A stretch of 64,000 bases of DNA from an uncultured Candidatus Saccharibacteria bacterium. Lineage in GTDB: Bacteria; Patescibacteriota; Minisyncoccia; Phycocordibacterales; JACOZG01. Shown piece after piece: positions 16,993 through 26,312 of this stretch (positions are counted from its first letter, which is position 1; every line of letters starts with the position of its first letter). The position numbers were made by a program, and so were the translations under genes. The stretch spans positions 32,014 through 96,013 of the forward strand of contig CAYWPU010000003.1 in NCBI GenBank assembly GCA_964460805.1, read 5' to 3'. Under the pieces are notes generated by a model that saw only the letters and a list, made by a program, of their open reading frames with translations, had not been told where the DNA came from and made no database searches.

Positions 16993-19430
16993 ATAAAGAC
17001 GCGAGCGGACAGGTCATCTCTATAGATATCGTCAAGGAGATGAAGGAGTCTTATATTGACTACGCCATGAGCGTGATTGTGGCGCGCGCGCTGCCAGATG
17101 TGCGCGATGGTCTCAAGCCGGTGCACCGGCGCATCCTCTACTCCATGCATGAGCTGGGTTTGAGCTCGGCGGCCAAGTTCCGCAAGTCGGCGCTGGTGGT
17201 GGGTGATGTGCTGGGCAAATATCATCCGCACGGCGATGTGGCTTGTTATGACGCTCTCACCCGTTTGGCGCAGAACTTCTCGCTCTTGCACCCACTAGCG
17301 CTTGGCCAGGGCAACTTTGGCTCTATTGATGGCGACCCGCCGGCGGCGATGCGTTATACGGAGGTCAAGATGGCGCCTCTCGCGGCGGAGTTATTGCGGG
17401 ATATAGAAAAAGAGACGGTAGACTTTGCGCCTAACTATGACGCTACCCGGCAAGAGCCGGTAGTCTTGCCCTCGGCTATCCCCAATCTGTTGATCAACGG
17501 CACAGTCGGCATTGCCGTGGGTATGGCCACCAAGATCTTGCCGCACAACTTGGGCGAGGTGATGCAGGCTCTGGTGCACTTGATAGATAATCCGGAAGCA
17601 ACGACTGAGGATTTATTGAAATTTGTGAAAGGTCCGGACTTCCCCACTGGCGGTCTCGCGTTTAATGAGAAGGATATCGCGCACGCCTCGGCCACGGGCC
17701 GCGGCGGCGTGCTAGTGCGCGGCGAGACGGAAATTGTGGAGGCTAAGAGTGGCTCGTTCCAGATTGTGATCTCTTCTATCCCGTATCAGGTTAATAAAGC
17801 TGATTTGATCACCAAGATCGCTGACCTAGTGCGGGAGAAGAAGATAGAAGGTATCAGGGATATGCGCGATGAGTCTACCACGTTGGAGGACATGCGCATT
17901 GTAATTGATCTCAAGCAGGGCGCTTACCCGCAGAAGGTGGTGAATGCACTGTATAAAAATACAGAGCTAGAGACCACTTTTCACTATAATCAACTCGCGC
18001 TGGTAGACGGCGTGCCTAGACTACTCTCGTTGCGGGATATTACAGAAGAATTCATCAAGCATCGGCTGAATATTGTGACCAAGCGCTCGCAGTTTGACTT
18101 AAACCGAGCCGAAGAGCGCGAGCACATCTTGCTGGGACTCAAGAAAGCGATTGATATTATTGATGAAATTATCGCGACCATTAAGAAGAGCGCTGACGCG
18201 GAGGCGGCTAAAGTTAATTTAATTACGAAATTTAAATTCACCGAGCGGCAGGCGGTGGCGATCTTGGAACTGCGCCTGCAGAAGCTGGCTGGACTGGAAA
18301 TCAAGAAAATTCTGGAAGAGCTGGAAGAGAAGCAAAAGTTGATCAAGTATCTCAAGGCGCTACTTGCGAGCGAAGAGAAGATCCTTGCTGTCATTAAGAC
18401 TGAATTTGAAGAAATCTCGCAAAAATACGCTCTGCCTCGGAAGACTAAAATTATCAAGACGGGCGTGAAGGAGATCAGTACGGAAGATCTAGTGCCAGAG
18501 AAAGAGAACGTGCTGGTGGTCACAGCCGGTGGTTACATCAAGCGCACTGATCCGAGCGAGTATCGCTCGCAACGTCGCGGCGGTGTGGGCGTGGCGGACT
18601 TGAATGTGAAAGAAGAAGATTTTGTTACCATCTTGCTCTCAGCTAACACGCACAGTGATCTCTTGTTCTTTACTGACAAGGGCAAGGCTTACCAACTCAA
18701 GATGTACGATATCCCCGAGGGAAAGCGCGCCACGCGCGGTAAGAGTGTGATGAACTTCCTCCCTCTTGCTGACGGCGAGAAGATCACCTCGGTGCTATCT
18801 GTGCCCAAGGCGGCTAAGGGCAAGCAGAGCGCGCTCTTGATGGTGACTAAAGCTGGTGTGGCCAAGAAGGTGGCGAGCGGGAGCTTTGCCGACGTGCGGC
18901 GCAACGGCATCATTGCTATTAGACTTGCGCCGGGCGATGCCCTACTTTCTGTTTTGCTCGTAGAGACAGGCGATGAGGTAGTAGTGGCGAGCGCGGCTGG
19001 CCAGGCGATCAGGTTTAAAGAGAAAGATATCCGCGAGATGGGCCGCGGCGCCGGTGGCGTGCGGGGGATGAAGCTCAAGAAAGGCGATGAGGTGATCGGC
19101 GCCAGCGTGATCAAGCAAGCGCATGGCGAGAGCGCACTCCTGGTGATGACGGCCAATGGCTATGGTAAAAAAACTAAACTGAAAGAATATAAAACACAGA
19201 AACGTGGCGGCTCGGGTATCAAGACAGCTCAGATCACCAGCAAGACGGGCAAACTGGTGGGCGGCAAGGTGATCTACCCGGAAGAGAGTGAGGTGGTGGC
19301 GATGAGCAAGCAGAGTCAGGTGATCCGCACTGCTCTTGGCGAGATCCCATCTCTTGGCCGTCAGACTCAGGGTGTGCGGATTATGAAGTTGCGCGAGGGC
19401 GATAGCTTGGCCAGCTTGGCGTTCCTCTAG
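16965..19430 (+). CDS. gyrA: DNA gyrase subunit A
   Basis: N-terminal [27 protein letters not shown] with the active-site Tyr region, plus C-terminal beta-pinwheel repeats. Confidence 0.9.
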   Translation: MANDNTEKLNKDASGQVISIDIVKEMKESYIDYAMSVIVARALPDVRDGLKPVHRRILYSMHELGLSSAAKFRKSALVVGDVLGKYHPHGDVACYDALTRLAQNFSLLHPLALGQGNFGSIDGDPPAAMRYTEVKMAPLAAELLRDIEKETVDFAPNYDATRQEPVVLPSAIPNLLINGTVGIAVGMATKILPHNLGEVMQALVHLIDNPEATTEDLLKFVKGPDFPTGGLAFNEKDIAHASATGRGGVLVRGETEIVEAKSGSFQIVISSIPYQVNKADLITKIADLVREKKIEGIRDMRDESTTLEDMRIVIDLKQGAYPQKVVNALYKNTELETTFHYNQLALVDGVPRLLSLRDITEEFIKHRLNIVTKRSQFDLNRAEEREHILLGLKKAIDIIDEIIATIKKSADAEAAKVNLITKFKFTERQAVAILELRLQKLAGLEIKKILEELEEKQKLIKYLKALLASEEKILAVIKTEFEEISQKYALPRKTKIIKTGVKEISTEDLVPEKENVLVVTAGGYIKRTDPSEYRSQRRGGVGVADLNVKEEDFVTILLSANTHSDLLFFTDKGKAYQLKMYDIPEGKRATRGKSVMNFLPLADGEKITSVLSVPKAAKGKQSALLMVTKAGVAKKVASGSFADVRRNGIIAIRLAPGDALLSVLLVETGDEVVVASAAGQAIRFKEKDIREMGRGAGGVRGMKLKKGDEVIGASVIKQAHGESALLVMTANGYGKKTKLKEYKTQKRGGSGIKTAQITSKTGKLVGGKVIYPEESEVVAMSKQSQVIRTALGEIPSLGRQTQGVRIMKLREGDSLASLAFL

Positions 19431-19529
19431 TACCAAATTACATCATAAAATTAGACCACATTGTGTTGTAATTATGTGGTGTAATTTAACCTGCACTTAA
19501 GTAGCGGTAAGTTGTGTTATAATTTCCTC

Positions 19530-20066
19530 ATGTTCTCTGATCCGGCTGAGAATGTGAGGAAGTTTGGCCTGACGGAAGGCGCATGGGTGGCCGACTTTGG
19601 CACTGGCACCGGTGCTTATGCCCTTGCGCTCTCGCAGCAAGTGGGGCACACGGGAGTGGTCTACGCGGTGGAAATCCAGAAAGATCTGCTAGAGCGCCTG
19701 AGCAAAGAGGTCAAGCAGGCGCGCGCGGGGAATATTAAAATTGTGTGGGGTGATGTGGATAAACTTGGCGGCTCCACTCTGCGGGACGCTTCGCTAGATG
19801 CGGTAGTGATCGCCAACGTGCTGTTTCAATCTGAGCAGAAGTATACGCTAGCGCTGGAGGCCAAGCGGGTGCTCCAGCCTGGCGGGCGGGCGATTGTGAT
19901 TGACTGGCTGGGCGCGGGCGGGCAGTTCTCGCCGCCGCCCGAGCGCGTGGTGCGGGCGGAGGAGGTGAAAAAGATTTTTGCTCAAGCTGGCTTCCAATTT
20001 GCCAGCGAGTTCCCAGCCGGCGCGCAACATTACGGACTGATTTTTCTGAAAGCTAAAACCACTTAA
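19530..20066 (+). CDS. class I SAM-dependent methyltransferase
   Basis: Motif I VADFGTGTGAYA. The start is taken at ATG 19530 because the TTG at 19512 lies inside a TGTTATAAT -10 element. Confidence 0.7.
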   Translation: MFSDPAENVRKFGLTEGAWVADFGTGTGAYALALSQQVGHTGVVYAVEIQKDLLERLSKEVKQARAGNIKIVWGDVDKLGGSTLRDASLDAVVIANVLFQSEQKYTLALEAKRVLQPGGRAIVIDWLGAGGQFSPPPERVVRAEEVKKIFAQAGFQFASEFPAGAQHYGLIFLKAKTT

Positions 20067-20090
20067 TCATGAATCCCGTTAGAGACTAAG

Positions 20091-20351
20091 ATGTTTTACA
20101 CTTATGTTCTAGAGAGCCGAAAGAACAGTCGTTGGTACACTGGATATACGACTGATTTGCGGAAACGCCTTAAGGAACACAATAATGGCTTGTCTACGTG
20201 GACAAAAGGACGTGGACCGTTTAAAATTATTTACTATGAAGGGTGTCTCAATGAATATGACGCTCGGTCGAGAGAAAAATATCTCAAATCTGGCATGGGC
20301 AAACGTTATATAAAAAATAGATTAAGGCGTTTCCTGTCTCTAACGGGATGA
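20091..20351 (+). CDS. GIY-YIG nuclease family protein (UPF0213-like)
   Basis: MFYTYVLES...WYTGYTTDLRKRLKEHN shows the GIY...YIG pattern with conserved Arg/Glu. Confidence 0.7.
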   Translation: MFYTYVLESRKNSRWYTGYTTDLRKRLKEHNNGLSTWTKGRGPFKIIYYEGCLNEYDARSREKYLKSGMGKRYIKNRLRRFLSLTG

Positions 20352-21661
20352 ACGGCTTCCAGATGATCATCCTTGCTGTTTTCATTATCGCGCTCGTGGT
20401 GGGGACGCTGATCTTTGCTGGTGTGATACCCGGCTTCCGCGCTCCCAGTGGCGGCGTGGGTGGCACAGTGCTCTGGTGGGGGACGATCCCGGAAGAGCGC
20501 CTGGCCAATTTTCTCCAGACTATCGGCCGCGACTACCGCAAAGACTTCACGCTCCAGTATGTGGAGAAGAGCGAGGCCACACTAGAGAGCGACCTAGTAG
20601 AGGCGCTGGCGCTGGGTCGCGGTCCAGACTTGGTGACTCTCTCTTCCAGCATGCTCCTGCGCCAGTCAGCCAAGCTCTTGCCGGTTCCCTACTCAGTTTT
20701 ATCTAAACAAGACTTCCGCAACACGTTTGTTCTTGGCACGCATATCCGCGAGTGGGAGTTATTATTTGGCACTGATGGCGTGCTTGGCCTGCCGCTCTAC
20801 GTGGATCCGCTCGTGCTCTACTATAACCAGAACTTGCTCGCCAACGCCAAGTTGCCGGTGCCGCCCCAGACCTGGAGCGATTTGGCAAGCGTGATCCGCC
20901 TGCTCACCAAGGCTGATGGCCAAGGCAATATCACCGAGAGCGCTGCGGCGCTTGGCTCGTTTAGCAACATTACTCATGCTAAAGATATTTTAGCTCTGCT
21001 CCTCATGCAGGCTGGCAATCCTATTGTGGCGCGTAACGCCGGCCTGCCGGAGGTAACGCTCAAGGACCCGCTCGGCTTTAATCGTCCACCAGCAGGGGAG
21101 GCGGCGGCCTTCTTCCTCCGCTTTGCTGACCCGGCAAACACGCTCTACTCTTGGAATAGTTCCCAGCCGGAGGCGCGAGAGGCCTTCCTCCGTGGGCGCT
21201 TGGCCTTCTACTTAGGATGGGGCAGTGAGCGGACTAGGCTAGAAGCACAGAATCCTCAGCTCAACTTTGCACTCATGCTCCCGTTCCAGCGAGATCTTGG
21301 CGCTAACCAGCTTACCTTGGGCCGGTTCCACTTCCTGGCTATACCGCGCGCATCTGCCAATCCGCAAACGGCTTATACTGTTGCGCAGTTGCTCACTGGT
21401 CCTCAGTTCGCCGCCGAGCTGGCTACCGCGGCCTCTCTGCCGCCGGCGCGCAATGACTTGCTTGCTACCCTACCCGGTGAGCCAGATGAAGACTTGCTTT
21501 ACCAAGCGGCAGTGGTTGCCCGCGATTGGCTAGATCCGGACCGTGTGCAGTCGGCAACCGTGTTGCGCCGGATGATCGAGTCTATCAATCTTGGTCGAGC
21601 GGATGTGAATCGCGCAATCAATGAGGCCGACGCAGAACTTGAAGCACTCTTGCCGCGTTAA
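20348..21661 (+). CDS. extracellular solute-binding protein (family 1-like), membrane-anchored
   Basis: N-terminal TM anchor and SBP_bac_1-like length and composition. No cognate permease is adjacent. Confidence 0.5.
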   Translation: MNGFQMIILAVFIIALVVGTLIFAGVIPGFRAPSGGVGGTVLWWGTIPEERLANFLQTIGRDYRKDFTLQYVEKSEATLESDLVEALALGRGPDLVTLSSSMLLRQSAKLLPVPYSVLSKQDFRNTFVLGTHIREWELLFGTDGVLGLPLYVDPLVLYYNQNLLANAKLPVPPQTWSDLASVIRLLTKADGQGNITESAAALGSFSNITHAKDILALLLMQAGNPIVARNAGLPEVTLKDPLGFNRPPAGEAAAFFLRFADPANTLYSWNSSQPEAREAFLRGRLAFYLGWGSERTRLEAQNPQLNFALMLPFQRDLGANQLTLGRFHFLAIPRASANPQTAYTVAQLLTGPQFAAELATAASLPPARNDLLATLPGEPDEDLLYQAAVVARDWLDPDRVQSATVLRRMIESINLGRADVNRAINEADAELEALLPR

Positions 21662-21669
21662 ATAAATAT

Positions 21670-22062
21670 ATGAGAATCTTAAAAATATCTGGTGCGATGT
21701 TTGCTTGTTTTGTTTTTATTGTGTTGCCAGTATTGGCGCAAGATGGGGGGCTGGTGCCTTGCGATGGCGCGGATTGCAACGTTAACGCCTTTTTTGCTCT
21801 AGCTAATAATATCGTGCGATATTTTGTATTTACTCTCGCGGTCCCCGCAGCAGTGATTGCGATTACTTACGCTGGTATCACTCGGATACTTCATCCTAAG
21901 GAGTCCGGCAAGCTAGCTGAGTCTAATGGCATTATCATGACAGCAGTAATCGGCTTGGCGCTGGCCTTGGGCGCCTGGCTGATCGTCACCACTATCACTA
22001 ATTACCTGCTCAACGATACACTCAAGAGCAACATTAACCAGTCTCTCCCTAGCGGGACTTAG
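21670..22062 (+). CDS. small 2-TM protein, paralog 1 of a tandem array (VirB2/TrbC-pilin-like, tentative)
   Basis: Signal peptide (VLAQD), a CDGADC pair, then TM1, charged loop (HPKESGKLAESNG) and TM2. Confidence 0.6.
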   Translation: MRILKISGAMFACFVFIVLPVLAQDGGLVPCDGADCNVNAFFALANNIVRYFVFTLAVPAAVIAITYAGITRILHPKESGKLAESNGIIMTAVIGLALALGAWLIVTTITNYLLNDTLKSNINQSLPSGT

Positions 22063-22096
22063 TGAGACTTGTTAGAATTATTTCCAAGATATAAAT

Positions 22097-22450
22097 ATGG
22101 TTGATATTTTCAATAGTTTTGTGGTTTATGCGCAACAATCTTTCCCTACCGGTTCCGGACAGTCTTTTCCCACTGGTTCAGGTGGTGGCTTGATCAAGAA
22201 TCCCATCAACGTCAATACTCTGCGCGAGTTTGTGGGTAAGATATTAGAGGTCGTGGTCTATGTGGGCCTGCCAGTGCTGGTGGTGGCGGTGGTCTATGTG
22301 GGCTTCCTCTTCGTGGCCGCACGGGGGAGTGAGACTAAATTGACAGAAGCCAAACACGCTCTCTTGGCCGTGGTGATTGGCGCGGCCATTGTGCTTGGCG
22401 CCTTTGTGATCGCCGCGGCGATTGAGAATACGGTGAACAGTCTAAGATAA
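22097..22450 (+). CDS. small 2-TM protein, paralog 2 of the tandem array
   Basis: N-terminal tandem QSFPTGSG repeat, then TM1-charged loop-TM2. The C-terminal helix hairpin is shared with the neighbouring ORFs. Confidence 0.6.
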   Translation: MVDIFNSFVVYAQQSFPTGSGQSFPTGSGGGLIKNPINVNTLREFVGKILEVVVYVGLPVLVVAVVYVGFLFVAARGSETKLTEAKHALLAVVIGAAIVLGAFVIAAAIENTVNSLR

Positions 22451-22458
22451 ATTAAAAT

Positions 22459-22764
22459 ATGCCAAACGGTAACCCTGATTTTGCCAGTCTTGTCTCGCTC
22501 GTGATCGGCAGCGTATTCAGCCCGCTCACAGGCTTGCTCATTGGTGCCGCGGTTGTGTACTTCCTTGCTGGCGTGCTAAAATATGTCCGGCAAGTCAGTG
22601 ACGACAAGGCTCGGGAAGAGGGTCGGAAGATGATGCTCTACGGGATTGTCGCTCTCTTTGTCATGATCTCGGTGTGGGGGTTGGTCAATGTCTTGAGGGG
22701 GACGTTCCTCCTTGAGGATTATAGTCCTCCCGTGCCCGATTTCAGAGGGCTGAATCAAGGTTAG
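22459..22764 (+). CDS. small 2-TM protein, paralog 3 of the tandem array
   Basis: TM1 ...GAAVVYFLAGVLKYV, charged loop, TM2 MMLYGIVALFVMISVWGLVNVL. Near-identical block in paralogs 4 and 5. Confidence 0.65.
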   Translation: MPNGNPDFASLVSLVIGSVFSPLTGLLIGAAVVYFLAGVLKYVRQVSDDKAREEGRKMMLYGIVALFVMISVWGLVNVLRGTFLLEDYSPPVPDFRGLNQG

Positions 22765-22803
22765 TGAGGTTGTTTGGTTTATTAATTAATTTATAAAAAT
22801 TAG

Positions 22804-23154
22804 ATGAACAAGTTATCTAGAATCCTGACTGCCGGCGCAATGAGCGCTCTGCCAGTGCTCGCTTTTGCCCAGGGACGCAATATCCAGAGCATCTTTGATC
22901 TCGTTTTGGATCTCATCAATCGCTATATTATCCCGATCATCATTGGTTTGGCGGTGGTTTGGTTCCTCTGGGGTGTGGCTCAGTATGTGATGGCCGCTGG
23001 TGATGAAGATAAAAAGAAGACGGGTCGTGATCACATGATCTATGGCATCATCGCGCTCTTTGTGATGGTTGCTGTTTGGGGATTGGTGAACGTGTTGGGC
23101 GGTACTCTCAACCTCACCACCACGCCGCCACCACTGCCAGAGATCAGGCAATAA
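22804..23154 (+). CDS. small 2-TM protein, paralog 4 of the tandem array
   Basis: Signal peptide (VLAFAQG), TM1, loop AAGDEDKKKTGRDH, TM2 MIYGIIALFVMVAVWGLVNVL. Confidence 0.65.
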   Translation: MNKLSRILTAGAMSALPVLAFAQGRNIQSIFDLVLDLINRYIIPIIIGLAVVWFLWGVAQYVMAAGDEDKKKTGRDHMIYGIIALFVMVAVWGLVNVLGGTLNLTTTPPPLPEIRQ

Positions 23155-23162
23155 GCTCTGCC

Positions 23163-23435
23163 ATGCCCTGGCTCGCCGCCACTGCCTACGCCGCCGCGCC
23201 GCCGATACTGCAGAAGATCAACCAGGCGATTGTGAACCCGTTGATCATGTTCCTATCCGCGCTCGCCTTTATCACCTTCCTCTACGGAGTGTATGAGATG
23301 GTGTCGCAATCAGACAACGAAACAGCGCGGCAGACTGGCCAACAGCACATGCTCTGGGGTGTGGTGGGACTCTTCATTATGTTCTCGGTGATGGGGATAC
23401 TGAACGTGGTTTGCCGCACGATTGGTTGTAACTGA
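23163..23435 (+). CDS. small 2-TM protein, paralog 5 of the tandem array
   Basis: Start taken at the internal ATG (23163). TM1, loop SQSDNETARQTGQQH, TM2 MLWGVVGLFIMFSVMGILNVV, C-terminal CRTIGC. Confidence 0.6.
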   Translation: MPWLAATAYAAAPPILQKINQAIVNPLIMFLSALAFITFLYGVYEMVSQSDNETARQTGQQHMLWGVVGLFIMFSVMGILNVVCRTIGCN

Positions 23436-23479
23436 GGCTGGCTGGTTAAAAAAATATAAGAAATAATTAGACAAAAAAG

Positions 23480-23519
23480 AAAACCCCGCGGCAACAAGTA
23501 GTTGCGCGCGGGGTTTTGG
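23480..23519. terminator. bidirectional intrinsic terminator between the paralog array and the convergent SPFH operon
   Basis: aaaaccccgcg...cgcgcggggtttt hairpin flanked by A- and T-runs. Confidence 0.7.
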
Positions 23520-23528
23520 TTGTTGCGA

Positions 23529-24185
23529 TTAACGCCGCTCCCAAAATACTCTAACTGTGATCGGAGAATTCCTGGCTTTGAACCTCAATTCTCCTGGTGC
23601 TACTTCGGGCCAGCGCACGTTAACATCTGGACCAATTTCTCGCACTTCGCCGGATGGGAACTTGATCCATCCGTATCCGTCTTCGTAGATTTGACACTCG
23701 GATTGGGGAGGGACGATAATGGGTCTAGACCAACCGTCACTTGTAGCGATCAGTTCGTCGTAACCCGGCTGTCTCGGCTTTTGCGCGACAGCCACCTCTC
23801 GTCCCGGGCTCTGAGATGTTCTTGGTTTCTCCCACCACCCATAGCCTAGGTATATCACCCAGCCTATGAGAACGCAGATAGCCACCGTCCCCAGCGATTT
23901 GCCGAATTTCTTCCAGCCTGCATAGTTTCTGGGGGGTGGGTCAGTATCGCCATTCTTTTTTGTGATGGATCGCCAGACCCATCGGATGAGGAGCGAGAAC
24001 AACAAGATCGTCCCCGCTATCAGTCCCCAGACTACGGCCGTTTCAGTCGCAGTAAGTGGATTGGTTGCTGTTATGGGAGCTTCTGCGGCAATCTTAGTAG
24101 AAGTGCTGGAGTTGCACCTTGCAATCAAGACCCAGATCCCACAACACAGAGTCACGACAATCACTAAACCTCGGAATTTCCTCAT
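23529..24185 (-). CDS. hypothetical membrane protein (3 TM helices plus C-terminal soluble domain)
   Basis: 218 aa; last gene of the minus-strand SPFH operon; no recognisable domain. Confidence 0.45.
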   Translation of the reverse strand: MRKFRGLVIVVTLCCGIWVLIARCNSSTSTKIAAEAPITATNPLTATETAVVWGLIAGTILLFSLLIRWVWRSITKKNGDTDPPPRNYAGWKKFGKSLGTVAICVLIGWVIYLGYGWWEKPRTSQSPGREVAVAQKPRQPGYDELIATSDGWSRPIIVPPQSECQIYEDGYGWIKFPSGEVREIGPDVNVRWPEVAPGELRFKARNSPITVRVFWERR

Positions 24186-24189
24186 TAGT

Positions 24190-24474
24190 TCACCTCACTT
24201 TCTTGTTCTGTGTTTTTTCAGCTTTTGACAGTTTCAGGAGTAGGGAGATGATCTTTGTTCCCAGTCTCCACCAACGTTCACCTTGATCCCAGAAGAAGCG
24301 ACTGACCCTCCAAGCATCAGCGATGCGCCGGAGTACCCAGCCGATCTCTGCCCGGCAGTGATAGATCAGCTCTATCGTCATCCAGATCACGATTACCAGA
24401 GCGAACAATTTAACCGGGTCCATTTTTACCTCACGTTTCTGGAGCCGTTCTTGCCCCTCAGTTTCAGTTGTCAA
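24190..24474 (-). CDS. small single-TM hypothetical protein (94 aa)
   Basis: Lies between the SPFH gene and the 218-aa membrane gene on the same strand. Confidence 0.4.
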   Translation of the reverse strand: MTTETEGQERLQKREVKMDPVKLFALVIVIWMTIELIYHCRAEIGWVLRRIADAWRVSRFFWDQGERWWRLGTKIISLLLKLSKAEKTQNKKVR

Positions 24475-24609
24475 AAAGTGGCTAACTTAAGCCGCTTTAC
24501 TATGTATCTAACCCTATTATAGCAAATACACAGATTTTGTCAAGTATAAGAAAAGCCCCGGACGGAATACCGCCTAGGGCTTGTTTTCTTCTAGGAGCTC
24601 TCCCCCGTG

Positions 24610-25728
24610 TCACGGTTCGTCTGTGACAGAACCGGGACCGGCAACGGGAACAGTGTTGATCGGAGGTTGTCCGCCGATACTCAGGACTTTGACATTGGTT
24701 TGCTTCAATGCCTCTGCTTCCGCCAGTCTTGCAACCAGGCGGTTGTCATCTCCTGCGGCTTTTCTTTTTCTGCGGACTACAGCAGCTTCAGCATTGCCCT
24801 TCTTGAGAATCGCTGTGCCCTCTCCTCTTGCTTTAGCAATGACTCCAGCCGCTGTCCTCTTCTCAACCTCTTCTTTCCGGAAAGCTTCACCGACGGCAGG
24901 ATCACTGAACTCGAAGTTCTGGAACTCCACAGAGACAATCCTGACACCGCAGAGTCTGAGGATGCCATCCTCGGCCTCTGCTATTGCCGGTTCTGTACCG
25001 ACAGATGGCACCGCTTCTCCGTTCATTTCCATAATCCGGGTACGCAAGTCATTCGTGGCCCCCGCTTCCTTTGCTTTCAAGGCTCGTAGAGTCTCGATAG
25101 TGACATCTTTTTCTCCAGCGTAGCCACGCGTTGCTTCTGCGACCTTGGCTACAACCAGCCCAAGCCAGTTCCCGGTTGGTTGCAACCGGAACAGAGTAGT
25201 CTCGGGCCTGACTATCTCTATGGTTACCACCAGTACGATGTTCACTTCTGCGAGTCCTTCCATGTTGACCTTTTTTACCTCTATCCCGTATGGGTAACGG
25301 AACAGCAGAGAGTCTACATCCTCTCGGTCTCGGGATATGAGGGCAAACTCATCGCTACCCTCTGCTTTATCCCACTTGACCCAAGAGAACTTGTAGGTGA
25401 GTACTCGCCAGAAAGGTGGTAGACCAATCCAATACATGCCCAGGAAGCTCCTGGGTTCTTTTGGTTTTGGTTGGCCTGGGTCTACTCTTTTAATTTCTCG
25501 CGCAGCTTCGTCGTAATAGTACCCACCCACATTCACCAAGATCCTCTTGAGAGAGTCTCCTCGCATGATTGCTTTGATCTGTCCTTGAGGGACAAATCCC
25601 AAAAACCTGTCTTTCTCTGCGAGTTTGTACACACCCAGATATAGCAGAATCATCATAAAGACAATTCCCAAGCTTACTACGTAGGGGCTTGCCACAGACC
25701 AAATGCTTGTCCAGTTGATATCTGTCAT
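24610..25728 (-). CDS. SPFH/band-7 (stomatin/flotillin-like) family membrane protein
   Basis: N-terminal TM helix followed by an SPFH core and a long Ala/Glu/Lys-rich coiled-coil tail. Confidence 0.7.
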   Translation of the reverse strand: MTDINWTSIWSVASPYVVSLGIVFMMILLYLGVYKLAEKDRFLGFVPQGQIKAIMRGDSLKRILVNVGGYYYDEAAREIKRVDPGQPKPKEPRSFLGMYWIGLPPFWRVLTYKFSWVKWDKAEGSDEFALISRDREDVDSLLFRYPYGIEVKKVNMEGLAEVNIVLVVTIEIVRPETTLFRLQPTGNWLGLVVAKVAEATRGYAGEKDVTIETLRALKAKEAGATNDLRTRIMEMNGEAVPSVGTEPAIAEAEDGILRLCGVRIVSVEFQNFEFSDPAVGEAFRKEEVEKRTAAGVIAKARGEGTAILKKGNAEAAVVRRKRKAAGDDNRLVARLAEAEALKQTNVKVLSIGGQPPINTVPVAGPGSVTDEP

Positions 25729-25837
25729 CTCAATCTCCTTTTCTGTTTGAGGCTTTTCAGCCTGTTGTCAAACAACACTTATCCTGCTCGGAGGGCTAAC
25801 CTTAGCCCTAGAAACGCACCGAGGGAAAGAACTATAC

Positions 25838-25869
25838 CCATTATACACCCATCGCTATCTGTTTGTCAA
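25838..25869 (-). promoter_or_regulatory. sigma-70-type promoter (third, diverged copy of the repeated promoter) driving the SPFH operon
   Basis: Minus-strand reading ttgacaaacagatagcgatgggtgtataatggg, similar to the copies at 7876 and 11551. Confidence 0.5.
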
Positions 25870-25870
25870 G

Positions 25871-25957
25871 TGGTGCCGAGGAGAGGACTTGAACCTCCAT
25901 GGGGTTGCCCCCGACAGCTCCTAAGGCTGTTGCGTCTGCCAATTTCGCCACCTCGGC
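25871..25957 (-). tRNA. tRNA-Leu (anticodon TAG), CCA encoded
   Basis: Reverse complement GCCGAGGTGGCGAAATTGGCAGACGC...loop CTTAGGA...long variable arm...GGTTCAAGTCC...CTCGGCACCA. Confidence 0.85.
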
Positions 25958-25979
25958 GTTTTCTCAAAAACCAGAACTG

Positions 25980-26052
25980 TGCCCTGTGAGGGATTTGAAC
26001 CCCCGACCGTTCGCTTAAGAGGCGACTGCTCTACCAACTGAGCTAACAGGGC
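25980..26052 (-). tRNA. tRNA-Lys (anticodon CTT)
   Basis: Reverse complement GCCCTGTTAGCTCAGTTGGTAGAGC...loop CTCTTAA...GGGTTCAAATCCC...ACAGGGC. One non-canonical pair closes the anticodon stem. Confidence 0.75.
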
Positions 26053-26076
26053 GTGCTTAAATTTATAACACAGAAG

Positions 26077-26158
26077 TGCCCGGGGTGGGAATCGAACCCA
26101 CATCTCTTGCGAGACACGATTTTAAGTCGTGCGCGTATACCAGTTCCGCCACCCGGGC
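26077..26158 (-). tRNA. tRNA-Leu (anticodon TAA)
   Basis: Reverse complement GCCCGGGTGGCGGAACTGGTA...loop CTTAAAA...long variable arm...GGGTTCGATTCCC...CCCGGGC. Confidence 0.85.
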
Positions 26159-26200
26159 GGGCCAGCTCCTGCCAGTTCCTGAGAAACCGGCGATGCCGGG

Positions 26201-26272
26201 AGGCCTAGGGCGGAATCGAACCGCCGTGTAAGGGTTTTGCAGACCCTTGCCTTACCACTTGGCGACTAGGCC
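26201..26272 (-). tRNA. tRNA-Cys (anticodon GCA)
   Basis: Reverse complement GGCCTAGTCGCCAAGTGGTAAGGC...loop CTGCAAA...GGTTCGATTCCGCC CTAGGCC. Confidence 0.85.
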
Positions 26273-26312
26273 GGAGCCTCTTTATATCACAAAAAAGTTT
26301 TTTCTGCTTTAA

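Noticed and set aside
17990-18523. Ser-rich 177-aa minus-strand ORF inside gyrA. Similar antisense ORFs occur inside clpB (31475-32152, 32221-33099), ftsZ (6271-6972), the M14 genes (54488-55066, 55529-56119) and elsewhere.
   Set aside because: They are embedded in well-supported conserved genes on the opposite strand. They have biased low-complexity composition and no start or terminator context, so I treat them as spurious.
19512-19529. TTG start at 19512 for the methyltransferase (MCYNFLM…).
   Set aside because: These codons lie within the TGTGTTATAAT extended -10 element. ATG 19530 is the more plausible start.
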